A stretch of DNA of 64,000 nt from Faecousia sp. (GTDB lineage Bacteria > Bacillota > Clostridia > Oscillospirales > Oscillospiraceae), in NCBI GenBank assembly GCA_045546655.1, contig JAZQDH010000070.1, forward strand, positions 8,764 to 72,763, in the 5' to 3' direction. Below the pieces are notes generated by a model. It ran no database searches, was not told the DNA's origin, and saw nothing but the letters and a program-made list of their open reading frames with translations. Both the position numbers and the translations under genes were made by a program. Shown here in pieces: positions 48,814 through 58,940 of the stretch. The number at the start of each line of letters is the position of its first letter. The first letter of the stretch is position 1.

Positions 48814-50016
48814 ATGGACAGATGTTTTAAAAGTGCAGAAATTTTGCTGCCTAAAGCAGGCAATTTTGATAAATGGTCAGTGATCGCATGCGATCAGCAC
48901 ACGTCGGAGCCTGTCTACTGGGAGAATGTAAAGGAATATGTTGGTGACGAACTGTCCACACTGAATTTGATCCTGCCGGAGGCGTACTTACATTGTACAA
49001 ATCAGCAGCAAATCAGTGAGATTTGGCAGACTATGTACCAATATTTGCAGGAGGATGCCTTTGAGGCCTTGAAGGACAGCTATATTTATGTAGAGCGTAC
49101 ACTTCTGGATGGCTCCGTAAGACAGGGTCTGGTGGGCGTGATCGATCTGCTTATGTATGACATTGATCCCAAAGACAATACAAAAGTCTTTGCAACGGAG
49201 GAAACCGTACCGGAGCGTGTTCCCCCCAGAATGGCCGTTCGTACTGGCGCACCGTTGGAATTCAGCCATTGCGTGGTCTTCTGCAATGATAAGGACGATA
49301 GGATCGTCGGTTCAGTTTGCAGCCAGAAGCAGAATTTGGAAAAGGTCTATGATTTTGATCTGATGACCGGTGGTGGACATATCCGCGGCTGGAAGGTAGA
49401 TGGCGCATATGCCCAGAAGCTTGACGATGCGCTGTTGGCCTACGAGAAAGATAACATCTATCTGGTTGGTGATGGCAACCACTCTCTGTTGACAGCGAAG
49501 CGTTGTTATGAGCAGCTCAGATCCAAGATGTCTGAGGAAATGTGGCTGGATTGCCCGGCAAGATATGCCATGGTCGAACTGGAGAATATTCACAGTGATG
49601 CGATGCGCTTTGAACCCATTTACCGTGTGATCGCGGATACGGATGTGCAGAAGTTCCTTGCTGATTTTAAGCGTGTCAGTGCGGATGAAGGCACTGCTGT
49701 TCAGCTTTTGTTTGGTGCGGAGCAGGAGGAATTGATTTTGCCTGTGAATGAGCAGGAACTGGCCGTAGCATTTGTCCAGAATTTCCTGGATGGTTGGTTG
49801 AAAGGAAATCCGGGTCAGATCGACTATATCCATGGCGAGGATGTGGTGCGGCAACTGGCGCAAAAGGCTGGCAACGTTGGTATTCTGCTGCCGGAAATCG
49901 ATAAAGGAATGCTGTTCCCCTATATTCGCAGTGGCAATCTGACACCGAGAAAAACATTCTCTATTGGACACGCAGCCGAAAAGAGATATTATCTGGAAGG
50001 AAGAAAGATCCTATGA
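48814..50016 (+). CDS. DUF1015-domain protein
   Basis: WSVIACDQHTS, ATEETV..R.PPR, VGDGNHS, PRKTFSIG..KRYYLE. Confidence 0.85.
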   Translation: MDRCFKSAEILLPKAGNFDKWSVIACDQHTSEPVYWENVKEYVGDELSTLNLILPEAYLHCTNQQQISEIWQTMYQYLQEDAFEALKDSYIYVERTLLDGSVRQGLVGVIDLLMYDIDPKDNTKVFATEETVPERVPPRMAVRTGAPLEFSHCVVFCNDKDDRIVGSVCSQKQNLEKVYDFDLMTGGGHIRGWKVDGAYAQKLDDALLAYEKDNIYLVGDGNHSLLTAKRCYEQLRSKMSEEMWLDCPARYAMVELENIHSDAMRFEPIYRVIADTDVQKFLADFKRVSADEGTAVQLLFGAEQEELILPVNEQELAVAFVQNFLDGWLKGNPGQIDYIHGEDVVRQLAQKAGNVGILLPEIDKGMLFPYIRSGNLTPRKTFSIGHAAEKRYYLEGRKIL

Positions 50017-50870
50017 CAACTTTGTATGAAGGCGCATTTGCCAAGGTGAACCTGACGCTGGATGTTTTGGATAAGCGTGAGGATGGATACCACAATCTCA
50101 AAAGCATTATGCAGACGGTCTCTGTAAGGGATGATATTGAGATCGACGTGGGAACCGGAAAACCCTGGAAGCTGGAATGCACAATGGAAGGGATTCCAAC
50201 GGATGACCGGAATCTGGCCTGGAAGGCCGCAAAGCTGTACTGCGACACGGTCGGCAAGGATCCGGACGGCCTTGAGATTCGCATTCACAAGCGCATTCCT
50301 ATGGAAGCAGGTTTGGGCGGAGGCAGCGCCGATGCCGCCGCGGTGCTCCGTGCGCTGAACCGCCATTATGGCAGTCCGCTTTCTGTTCCCGCACTGGCAG
50401 AGTTGGGCAGCCAGATTGGCAGTGACGTACCTTTTTGCGTGCTGTGCGGAACGGCAATGGTTGAAGGCAAGGGCGACCGGATTCGGAAGCTGCCCGATAT
50501 TCCGGATTGCTGCTTTGTAATCTGCAAGCCCGATTTTTCCTGCTCGACTGGTGAGCTCTATCAAAAGATCGACGCCTCAGCCATTGCTAAAAGACCGGAC
50601 CATCAGGCTATGGAGGGCGCATTGCTAAACGGCGATCTGGGGAAGCTGGCACAAAACGTCCACAACGTTTTTGACCCTATTGTTACCCAGGACCACTTGG
50701 AGCTGAATTATATTAAGTCCATCTTTAACAGCTACGGTGCCATAGCCTACCAGATGACCGGTTCCGGTTCTGCGGTGTTTGCAATTGTGCCTGAATTTGA
50801 ATTTGCGGCCGTGATCTGCAATATGCTTAAAGATAACTATCCCCAGGTATTTATTGCAAAACCTGTATAA
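50013..50870 (+). CDS. ispE: 4-diphosphocytidyl-2-C-methyl-D-erythritol kinase
   Basis: AKVNLTLDV, KRIPMEAGLGGGSADAAA, GSDVPF, MTGSGS. Confidence 0.96.
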   Translation: MTTLYEGAFAKVNLTLDVLDKREDGYHNLKSIMQTVSVRDDIEIDVGTGKPWKLECTMEGIPTDDRNLAWKAAKLYCDTVGKDPDGLEIRIHKRIPMEAGLGGGSADAAAVLRALNRHYGSPLSVPALAELGSQIGSDVPFCVLCGTAMVEGKGDRIRKLPDIPDCCFVICKPDFSCSTGELYQKIDASAIAKRPDHQAMEGALLNGDLGKLAQNVHNVFDPIVTQDHLELNYIKSIFNSYGAIAYQMTGSGSAVFAIVPEFEFAAVICNMLKDNYPQVFIAKPV

Positions 50871-50893
50871 AATTGTTTCATTCCGTCCATACT
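50865..50893 (+). promoter_or_regulatory. Putative SigF/SigG-type promoter for spoIIR
   Basis: GTATA(50865)-18 nt-CATACT(50888); overlaps a hairpin at 50883-50915. Confidence 0.55.
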
Positions 50894-50922
50894 GGAAGTA
50901 TTTCAGTATGGACGGTGTTTTT

Positions 50923-51534
50923 ATGAAGAAATACATAAAACTTGGTTCTGCAATGGTACTAGTCTGTTTGCTAGTAAACCTTGGTGCGGTAATGTGCTGG
51001 AAGGTACAGCTGCGCAATAATTTGGTACGATTGCACGTGGTTGCCAATTCTGACAGTGATTACGATCAGAGTCTCAAACTGCAGGTCAGGGATGCAGTAG
51101 TTGCGTATTTACAATATGAAATTGCGGATTGCGCTGATCAGACGGAGGCAAAGCAGCGTATTGAGGCCAATCTTGCGAACATCAAAAGCCTGGCGGAGGA
51201 GACGCTGCAGCGTAACAGCCATAACGCGCCTGTGTCGGTCAGTATATGTCAGGAATCCTTTTCCGCAAGACAGTATGATACCTTCACACTTCCTGCCGGT
51301 GTATATGACTCTCTGCGTATCAAGATTGGAGCAGCGGAGGGGAAAAACTGGTGGTGCGTTGTTTTTCCGGCATTCTGCCTGCCGGCCACATCTGAGGAGT
51401 TTGGTAATCTTGCTGCCGAATGCGGTCTGCAGGATGGGTTGGTGGAAACGTTGCAGAAGCCCCAGGAGTATAAACTCAGATTCTACCTGCTGGAACGGCT
51501 TGGAAATTTTGAAAATTTTCTGTTTGGCTTGTAA
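50923..51534 (+). CDS. spoIIR: Stage II sporulation protein R
   Basis: RLHVVANSDS..DQ.LKLQVRDAV, LPAGVYDSLRI, GKNWWCVVFP. Confidence 0.94.
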   Translation: MKKYIKLGSAMVLVCLLVNLGAVMCWKVQLRNNLVRLHVVANSDSDYDQSLKLQVRDAVVAYLQYEIADCADQTEAKQRIEANLANIKSLAEETLQRNSHNAPVSVSICQESFSARQYDTFTLPAGVYDSLRIKIGAAEGKNWWCVVFPAFCLPATSEEFGNLAAECGLQDGLVETLQKPQEYKLRFYLLERLGNFENFLFGL

Positions 51535-51591
51535 TATACCCTATAATTTGGACGGAAATTGTGGTATTATAGGACAAAAGGAGGGATAGGG

Positions 51592-54500
51592 ATGCTCACA
51601 TTGTTGATAGGCGCTGATTGGGTTGCGAATACAGATGCGGTTATGGCCCTGCTGAGGCAGGATGTTCAGCAGAAAAGGGGCAGACGTATCCTGATCGTCC
51701 CGGAGCTGATCAGTCACGATACAGAACGGCTCTTGTGTGAAACCTGCGGAAATACCAGCAGCCGCTACGGAGAAGTGCTGACATTTACCAGATTGGCCCA
51801 GCGGGTAAGTGAATACACCCATAGGGCGGTGCTCCCGTGTCTGGATGACGGCGGCCGTGTTGTTGCTATGGCTGGCGCAACCCGTCAGCTTGCCAGCAAA
51901 CTGAAATCCTACGCCTCTGTGGAAACAAAACCGGAGTTTTTGATGGGCCTGCTGGATGCAGTGGATGAATTCAAACGGTGCTGCATATCATCTGAGGACC
52001 TTCAAATCGCTGCACTGCAGTCTGAGGGCATATTTGCGCAAAAGTTGGAGGAGCTGTCGCTGATACTGGGCGCGTATGACGGTTTGTGTGCCCAGGGAAG
52101 ACGTGACCCCCGGGATCAAATGACGTGGCTTCTGGAGGAATTGGAGGATTGCGATTTTGCCGCCAATCACACATTCTACATAGATGGTTTCCCGGATTTC
52201 ACCCGGCAGAATATGGCCATCATTGAGCATATCCTGCAGTTTTCTCCCAATGTGACAATCAGTCTGAATTGTGATGATATGCACTCGCAGAACCCGGCAT
52301 TTGAGAAAGCTGCAGAAACGGCAGGACTGATCGTTGCAGCAGCCAAGCGGCTTGGAATCAAGACGGAAATCAAGCATATAAGCTATGACGGTAATCCGTT
52401 GCTGCAGGTAAGCAAGAAACTATTTGGCGGTTCGGCGGATATTTCCGGTGAGCTTTTCGGCTGCCTTCGTGTTGGACAGCCCGACAGCATTCAGCAGGAG
52501 TGCGGATTTGTAGCGGAGCGAATCCTGGAATTGGTACGCGGCGGTGCCCGTTTTCGTGATATCAGTCTTGTTTGCGCGGATATGTCTGCGTATAAAAATA
52601 CGCTTACTATGCTGTTAGACAGATATCACATTCCGTATTATTTGTCGGGCACGGATGATATACTGGACAAATCGGTGATTTCCACTGTGCTGACGGCCCT
52701 GGATGCGGCTTGCTGCGGCTTTGAACGGGGGGATGTGCTGCGCTATCTGAAATCTCCCTTGTCCGTTTTGCGTTCATCTGACTGTGATGTGGTGGAGAAT
52801 TACGCGATTATATGGAATATTTCCGGTACAAAGTGGTTCTCTGACTGGAAAAACCATCCGGATGGATTGTCTGCTGAGTGGACAGATGCGTCCTTAAGAA
52901 GGCTTAACGATATCAATGAAGCAAAGAATCTGGCGCTGCTGCCCCTGAAAACAATGGCTGATTCCATCAAGGGAGCAACATCTCTAAGGCAGGTGCTGGA
53001 ATCCGTATACCGCTTTCTGGAGCAGATTAAAATGGCGGAACGACTTACCGAGTTGGCGGAGAATTTTGACCGGGCAGGGGACAATCGCAATGCCCAGATC
53101 CTGAATCAGTTGTGGGAGATTCTGTTGGATGCACTGGAGCAGATGTATGATATGCTTGGAGAAACATCCTGGGAGCCGGAGTCCTTTGCTCGACTGCTGA
53201 AACTGCTGCTGGGTCAGTACTCTGTTGGCACTATCCCAACGGTGTTGGACAGCGTGACGGTTGGCCCTGTTTCCGCAATGCGATGTGAACGGACAAAGCA
53301 TTTGTTTGTTCTCGGCGCGGTGGAGGGTGCGCTGCCTTCCTATGGTGGCATTTCCGGTGTGCTGACAGACCAGGAACGCACCCTGCTTCGTCAAATGGGC
53401 GTGCCGTTGACTGGCGGCGCGCTTGATGGCTTGAAGACGCAGTTTTCTGAGATCTACGGTGTGTTTGCCGGCGCACAGCAGGATATTTGCGTGACCGCTC
53501 CGGGGGGACAACCTTCTTTTGTGTACCGCAGACTTCGTGATATGGCAGGTTTTGAGATGACGATCAAGGATCCCATTGGTCCTGCGGTTTGTGACACGTC
53601 AGAGGCTGCCGCGTTTCTGCTGCGTACCGGTTCTAAAGAAGCTGCGGTGAAGCTTGGGATTACCGGAGAGTATGAATTTTTAAGAAACAACGCTGAACAC
53701 ATCCCGGGCCATATGGAACGGGAAACCGTTCGCAAATTATATGGAGATGTGCTGCGCCTGTCAGCTTCCCAGATCGACAAGCTTGCAGACTGCCGAATGG
53801 CGTATTTTCTGAAATATGGCTTAAAGCTAGCAGAACGAAAGGCAGCGCAAATTGATCCTGCCGAATTCGGTACATACGTACATGCTGTTCTGGAGGATAC
53901 AGGTAGAAGTGTGCTGGAACGTGGCGGTTTCAAGGCACTTTCTTTGGAGCAGGTTTTAGAATTGGCAAAAGGCCATTCTGATGCGTATATGCAGTCGCAT
54001 TTTGCCCAGCTGGATGATCCCAGAATCACTTATCTGCTTGAGCGCAATGTGAATGAACTGAAGATGATCGTTTGTGAGTTGTGGGAAGAGATGCAGCAAT
54101 CCCAATTCCAACCGGTGGGATTTGAAGTATCCTTTGGCAATGGCGGTGAAATGGATGCCGTTGAGGTTAGTGGTGAGCGGATGCAGGCCCAGCTGCTGGG
54201 ATTTGTGGATCGTGTAGACTCCTGGGCGGAGAATGGTCAGAATTACTTCAGGGTTGTGGATTATAAGACCGGCAAGAAGGATTTTGATTACTGCGATATA
54301 TTTAACGGTCTTGGCCTGCAGATGCTTTTGTATCTGTTTGCCCTGGAGGCATCCGGTGGGGGCCTGCTTGGCGCGAACGCAGTTCCTGCGGGAGTTCAGT
54401 ATTTTCCTGCCAGAGTTCCAGTAATTGCTTCGGAGGGGACACTTTCTGATGACGAAGTGAAGCTTGCACGGCAGAAGCAGTGGAAACGAAAGGGTCTGCT

Positions 54501-54852
54501 TTTGCATAATGAGCGTGTACTGAATGCCATGGAGGACAGCGACAGCCCTGTGAGATTGCCGTGTACGAAAAAGAAGGATGGGACGATCTCCGGCAATCTT
54601 GCAGATTTGGATCAGCTTAAGACCCTAAAGCGGTATGTTTATCATTTGCTGGCATCGATGGTGGATCAGATCGCATCCGGCAATGTGGAGGCAAATCCGT
54701 ATACCCGGGGCAGCGCCCACAATGCGTGTGCGTTTTGCCCGTACGGAGCGGTCTGCCATCCGGAGGAGGTGCCCGGAAGGCGCAACTATAAAGCATTGGA
54801 TTCCCGGCAATTCTGGGAAGAAGTGGATAAGGCGGTGAAGAAGCTTGAGTGA
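51592..54852 (+). CDS. addB: ATP-dependent helicase/nuclease subunit B
   Basis: LIVPE, IDGF, LSASQI..C, GFVDRVD, VVDYKTG, and CAFCPYGAVC Fe-S cysteines. Confidence 0.9.
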   Translation: MLTLLIGADWVANTDAVMALLRQDVQQKRGRRILIVPELISHDTERLLCETCGNTSSRYGEVLTFTRLAQRVSEYTHRAVLPCLDDGGRVVAMAGATRQLASKLKSYASVETKPEFLMGLLDAVDEFKRCCISSEDLQIAALQSEGIFAQKLEELSLILGAYDGLCAQGRRDPRDQMTWLLEELEDCDFAANHTFYIDGFPDFTRQNMAIIEHILQFSPNVTISLNCDDMHSQNPAFEKAAETAGLIVAAAKRLGIKTEIKHISYDGNPLLQVSKKLFGGSADISGELFGCLRVGQPDSIQQECGFVAERILELVRGGARFRDISLVCADMSAYKNTLTMLLDRYHIPYYLSGTDDILDKSVISTVLTALDAACCGFERGDVLRYLKSPLSVLRSSDCDVVENYAIIWNISGTKWFSDWKNHPDGLSAEWTDASLRRLNDINEAKNLALLPLKTMADSIKGATSLRQVLESVYRFLEQIKMAERLTELAENFDRAGDNRNAQILNQLWEILLDALEQMYDMLGETSWEPESFARLLKLLLGQYSVGTIPTVLDSVTVGPVSAMRCERTKHLFVLGAVEGALPSYGGISGVLTDQERTLLRQMGVPLTGGALDGLKTQFSEIYGVFAGAQQDICVTAPGGQPSFVYRRLRDMAGFEMTIKDPIGPAVCDTSEAAAFLLRTGSKEAAVKLGITGEYEFLRNNAEHIPGHMERETVRKLYGDVLRLSASQIDKLADCRMAYFLKYGLKLAERKAAQIDPAEFGTYVHAVLEDTGRSVLERGGFKALSLEQVLELAKGHSDAYMQSHFAQLDDPRITYLLERNVNELKMIVCELWEEMQQSQFQPVGFEVSFGNGGEMDAVEVSGERMQAQLLGFVDRVDSWAENGQNYFRVVDYKTGKKDFDYCDIFNGLGLQMLLYLFALEASGGGLLGANAVPAGVQYFPARVPVIASEGTLSDDEVKLARQKQWKRKGLLLHNERVLNAMEDSDSPVRLPCTKKKDGTISGNLADLDQLKTLKRYVYHLLASMVDQIASGNVEANPYTRGSAHNACAFCPYGAVCHPEEVPGRRNYKALDSRQFWEEVDKAVKKLE

Positions 54853-57800
54853 AACATTGACTCTGCAACAGCAGACAGCGGTATTCAACAGGGGCGGCAG
54901 GCTTCTTGTTTCCGCGGCAGCAGGTTCGGGAAAGACAAAGGTCTTGGTGGACCGGCTGATGAGTTATCTTACAGACAGTGGGTGTCCTGCCAACATAGAC
55001 GATTTTTTGATTATTACTTACACAAAGGCTGCGGCGGCGGAACTGCGCGGTAAAATCAGCAAAAAGCTGATGGAAAAAATTGCGGAAGATCCATCCAACC
55101 GTCATCTGCAACGGCAAATGCAGCGGCTGTACCTTGCGAAAATATCCACAGTTCACTCGTTTTGTGCCGACATTCTCCGGGAATATGCCTACCGGCTGGA
55201 TCTGTCGGCGGATTTCCGGGTGGCGGATGAACTGGAGTGCAGCCAGCTTCAAATGCTTGCCCTGGAGCGGACGATTGCGTCCGCATACGATTCCATCGGT
55301 CAGAATCCGTTCTTCCAGGCCTTTGTGGATACACAGGGTATTGGCAGGGATGACCGTTTGATCCTGGATATTATCCTGAAGGTGTATAACAGTGCCATAT
55401 GCCATCTTCAGCCCATCCAATGGTTGGATGAGGCGGTTGCCGCATCCGATGTGTTGGACGTCACGGATGCCTCACAGACTGTCTGGGGCGAGTATTTAAT
55501 GGATCGCTTCAAAGAAGCGCTGCGGCTGCACATCAACGCGCTTCGGAAGTGTTATGAACAGGCCGTGCGTACCGATGGCTTTGCAAAACCCGCAGCGCTG
55601 CTGCAAAGTACGATTGACCAGCTTCAGCGCTTGGACGATTGCCGGAGCTGGGATCAATTGGTCACCTTGGGGAAGATTGACTACGGCAGGCTCACCTTTA
55701 CAAAGGCTTGCACGGATACACAGCTTGTGGAACAGATCAAAGCTGTACGTGGTGCCTGTAAGGACGACGTGGAGAAACGGCATAAAATCTTTGCAGACAA
55801 GAGCGACCGGCTTCTGGCCGACCTTCGGGAGTCTAACCGGGCAGCAACGGGCCTGGCGGAGCTTGTAAAGTCTTTTGTTGATAACTATTCAAGGCTCAAG
55901 AGGCAAAAACGCATTCTCGATTTTTCCGACTTGGAGCATTATGCACTGGATCTGCTTCTGGGGAAGACACGCACCGGCGCAACTGCCGCTGCAAAGGAAA
56001 TTTCCGATCGTTTCCGGGAGATTATGGTGGATGAATACCAGGACTCAAACGGTGTCCAGGATGCGATTTTCAACGTTCTGACGATGCAGCGGAATAATTG
56101 CTTTATGGTTGGTGATGTGAAGCAGTCCATTTACCAGTTCCGACTGGCAGATCCCCAAATTTTTATTGAAAAGTATACAAGTTATGCTCCTGCCGACTCA
56201 GCGATGGGTACGGAAGGCAGAAAAGTTTTGCTCAGCAGCAATTTCCGTTCCTCCGGCGGTATTATCGGGGCGGTGAATGACGTTTTTGGGCAATGTATGT
56301 CCAAAAAGGTTGGTGGAATCGATTATACTGAAGCGGAACAACTACGGGAGGGAATTGCGCACGTAGATATCGGCGAACCGGAAGTGGAGCTTTATGGTAT
56401 TGAGGTCCAGCGGGATACCTACGGGGAAGAAGCAGCTTTTGTCTGCTCACGGATCCAACAGTTGCTGGACGGGAAGCATATGGTCCGTGACGGAGATGTG
56501 TTAAGACCAATTAAAGCGTCAGACATCGTAATCCTGCTCCGGTCACCAGGATCAGTGGGCGCGCATTATCAGTATGCGCTTGAGCAGCAGGGAATCCGCT
56601 GCTTCACCGGAGACGGCAGCGAACCTTTGCAAAAACAAGAGGTACAGACCCTAATCAATATTCTGCAGATCATCGATAATCCTTTGCAGGATATTCCACT
56701 GATGGCGGCTTTAGTCAGTCCGGTGTTTGCGTTTTCAAACGAAGAAGTGGCTCAGATACGGTACAGGAGTAAGAAGTATAGCCTGTATGAATCCTTAAAA
56801 CGAGATGAGTCACCTAAAACCAGGAACTTTCTGGAGGTTTTAAGTTCACTTCGCGCCGATGCCAAGATGGATACGCTATGCCAGCTTTTGGCACATATTC
56901 TTGATAAGACTAACCTTTTGCGAATTTATTCGTCGATGAAGGATGGCGCTGATAGGGTGGCTGAGATCCAGCACTTCTGCCAAATTGCTTCTGATTTTGA
57001 GAACACTGGCAGAAAGGATCTTTCCTATTTTCTGCAGTACCTGGAATCACTGGAGCAAAGAGGTCTTGGAACAGCAGAAGCCCCGGCAAATGCTGATGGC
57101 GTTACCATTATGAGTATCCATAAATCCAAAGGACTTGAATTTCCCGTAGTATTCCTATGCGGCCTCAGCAGACGGTTCAATGATGAAAGCGCCCGGGCGC
57201 AGGTTCTTTGCCATAAGAATTTGGGTCTTGGCTTGAATGTTGTGAATGCGCGCCAGCGTGTGCGTTATCCAACTCTTGCAAAGCGGGCGATCTCTGCCAA
57301 GATCCTGGAGGAAGGCTTGTCGGAGGAACTGCGTGTGCTGTATGTGGCTATGACCAGAGCCCGGGACAGGCTGGTCATGATATATTCCGTGAAGGATCTA
57401 GCGTCCGATTTGCGTGAAATCGGAATGCGGCTGGAACACACACCCAAACAGCTTTTGACGGCTGATGTATCTTGTCCTGGTGAATGGATTTTGCAGACTG
57501 CATTGACACGCACAGAAGCCGGCGCATTCTTTGCCCTCGGCGGAAATCCAGGTATCGCACGGTTGAGCGAACCGGTATGGAAAATTGATGTTGGTCAAGC
57601 CCAGATCACAGAGGGCATATCCGTTTCCGAAGGACTGCCAGAGGGAATAGCTGTTGAGACCCTGGATAGGATCAAAGAGGGAATTGAATTCAGATATCCG
57701 CATATGACATCTACGGTCATCCCATCGAAGCAGACAGCCACCCAAATGAAGGGACGCCAGAAGGATGCAGAGATCTCGGAAGGGGCGGTGCAGTCCTATT

Positions 57801-58354
57801 CCAGGAGTTTCCGCAAAGCCTCCTTTGTCAAAAATGGCGCATCCCGAAAAGAGTACGGAACAATTTTACACAAGTTACTGCAGTATGTTTCGTACAGTGC
57901 CTGCGCTGATGTGGATTCTCTTCGAGAGGAACTGGCGCGCCTTGTTGAGGCTGGCCTGCTCAGCCAGGAGGAGTCCGGACTTATTGAACTTCAGCCCATC
58001 GTACGCTTTTTCCGGAGTCCTTTGGGAAGAGACATAGCAACGAAAGAGAACGTCCTGAGAGAATTTAAATTTTCAGTTCTGATGGATTCTCAAAAGTATT
58101 ATCTGGATATCGAAAACGAACGGATTCTCGTGCAGGGTGTTGTAGACTGTGCGTTCGTGGAAGATGCAGGAATCACGATCATCGATTTTAAGACCGATCG
58201 TATCCTGGAATCCACGGTTGAGGAGAGATCAGCCCAGTATTCACCCCAGGTCCGAGCTTATGCGGATGCGCTGGAGGAGATATTCTGTAAGAAAGTGAAC
58301 AAAGTTTGGCTATATTATTTTCATACGGGAAGTTTGGTTGAAATCGAACGGTAA
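54845..58354 (+). CDS. addA: ATP-dependent helicase/nuclease subunit A
   Basis: AAAGSGKT, VDEYQD, VGDVKQSIYQFR, SIHKSKGLEF, YVAMTRA, IIDFKTD. Confidence 0.95.
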   Translation: MSETLTLQQQTAVFNRGGRLLVSAAAGSGKTKVLVDRLMSYLTDSGCPANIDDFLIITYTKAAAAELRGKISKKLMEKIAEDPSNRHLQRQMQRLYLAKISTVHSFCADILREYAYRLDLSADFRVADELECSQLQMLALERTIASAYDSIGQNPFFQAFVDTQGIGRDDRLILDIILKVYNSAICHLQPIQWLDEAVAASDVLDVTDASQTVWGEYLMDRFKEALRLHINALRKCYEQAVRTDGFAKPAALLQSTIDQLQRLDDCRSWDQLVTLGKIDYGRLTFTKACTDTQLVEQIKAVRGACKDDVEKRHKIFADKSDRLLADLRESNRAATGLAELVKSFVDNYSRLKRQKRILDFSDLEHYALDLLLGKTRTGATAAAKEISDRFREIMVDEYQDSNGVQDAIFNVLTMQRNNCFMVGDVKQSIYQFRLADPQIFIEKYTSYAPADSAMGTEGRKVLLSSNFRSSGGIIGAVNDVFGQCMSKKVGGIDYTEAEQLREGIAHVDIGEPEVELYGIEVQRDTYGEEAAFVCSRIQQLLDGKHMVRDGDVLRPIKASDIVILLRSPGSVGAHYQYALEQQGIRCFTGDGSEPLQKQEVQTLINILQIIDNPLQDIPLMAALVSPVFAFSNEEVAQIRYRSKKYSLYESLKRDESPKTRNFLEVLSSLRADAKMDTLCQLLAHILDKTNLLRIYSSMKDGADRVAEIQHFCQIASDFENTGRKDLSYFLQYLESLEQRGLGTAEAPANADGVTIMSIHKSKGLEFPVVFLCGLSRRFNDESARAQVLCHKNLGLGLNVVNARQRVRYPTLAKRAISAKILEEGLSEELRVLYVAMTRARDRLVMIYSVKDLASDLREIGMRLEHTPKQLLTADVSCPGEWILQTALTRTEAGAFFALGGNPGIARLSEPVWKIDVGQAQITEGISVSEGLPEGIAVETLDRIKEGIEFRYPHMTSTVIPSKQTATQMKGRQKDAEISEGAVQSYSRSFRKASFVKNGASRKEYGTILHKLLQYVSYSACADVDSLREELARLVEAGLLSQEESGLIELQPIVRFFRSPLGRDIATKENVLREFKFSVLMDSQKYYLDIENERILVQGVVDCAFVEDAGITIIDFKTDRILESTVEERSAQYSPQVRAYADALEEIFCKKVNKVWLYYFHTGSLVEIER

Positions 58355-58359
58355 GAATT

Positions 58360-58394
58360 ACCGCCGAAAGGAAATTCCTTTCGGCGGTTCTTTT
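58360..58394. terminator. Bidirectional terminator between addA and the N/Q peptide gene
   Basis: ACCGCCGAAAGGAA-A-TTCCTTTCGGCGGT. Confidence 0.85.
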
Positions 58395-58527
58395 AGCGGT
58401 TGTTCTGGTTCTGCTGGTTGCGATTCTGGTTCTGGTTCTGATTCTGGTTCTGATTCTGATTCTGATTCTGGTTCTGATTCTGGTTCTGGCTTCTGTTGTT
58501 ATTCTGATTACGATTCTGGTTGTTCAT
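58393..58527 (-). CDS. 44-aa Asn/Gln-rich peptide MNNQNRNQNNNRS(QN)11RNQQNQNNR
   Basis: GGAGG RBS 7 nt before the ATG; TAA directly before a terminator; repeat variation is synonymous (AAC/AAT) in this frame; upstream GAATA-N17-AATACT (58568-58595). Confidence 0.8.
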   Translation of the reverse strand: MNNQNRNQNNNRSQNQNQNQNQNQNQNQNQNQNQNRNQQNQNNR

Positions 58528-58582
58528 AACAATACCTCCGTTTTCGGTGTCGGTTTCCCGCAGAAACAGTATTACCCGGATG

Positions 58583-58939
58583 TTAGCTTTTATTCTTGGG
58601 TCTGAACAAAAAACTTGCGATCAAACCTGCGATAATTGCGGCAGTGATACCTCCGGCGGTTGCTTCCAGACCGCCGGTCAGTATACCGAGGAATCCATCT
58701 GACTGAATGGATTCCTTAACACCCTTTGAAAGGGTGTAACCAAATCCTGTAAGGGGTACTGTTGCGCCCGCCCCGGCAAAATCTACCAAAGGCTTGTAAA
58801 GACCAATTGCTCCAAGAATCACACCTGTAACCACGTAACCAACCAAGATTCTGGCAGGAGTTAGTTTTGTTTTATCGATCAGAATTTGGCCGATTAAGCA
58901 TAGTAAACCGCCTACGATAAATGCCTTGATATATTCCAT
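58583..58939 (-). CDS. spoVAE: Stage V sporulation protein AE (SpoVAEb-type)
   Basis: AFIVGGLLCLIGQILIDKTKLTPARILV, GAGATVPLTGFG. Confidence 0.93.
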   Translation of the reverse strand: MEYIKAFIVGGLLCLIGQILIDKTKLTPARILVGYVVTGVILGAIGLYKPLVDFAGAGATVPLTGFGYTLSKGVKESIQSDGFLGILTGGLEATAGGITAAIIAGLIASFLFRPKNKS

Positions 58940-58940
58940 T

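Noticed and set aside
58400-58520. Repeat tract as a CRISPR array or non-coding microsatellite
   Set aside because: Tandem 6-nt units with no spacers and no cas genes; better explained as coding sequence.
58338-58529. Plus-strand 63-aa ORF with GSDS repeats resembling an SD-repeat protein
   Set aside because: It overlaps the addA end, crosses a terminator and has no RBS. The minus-strand N/Q frame has an RBS, an ATG, synonymous-only repeat variation and a matching terminator.
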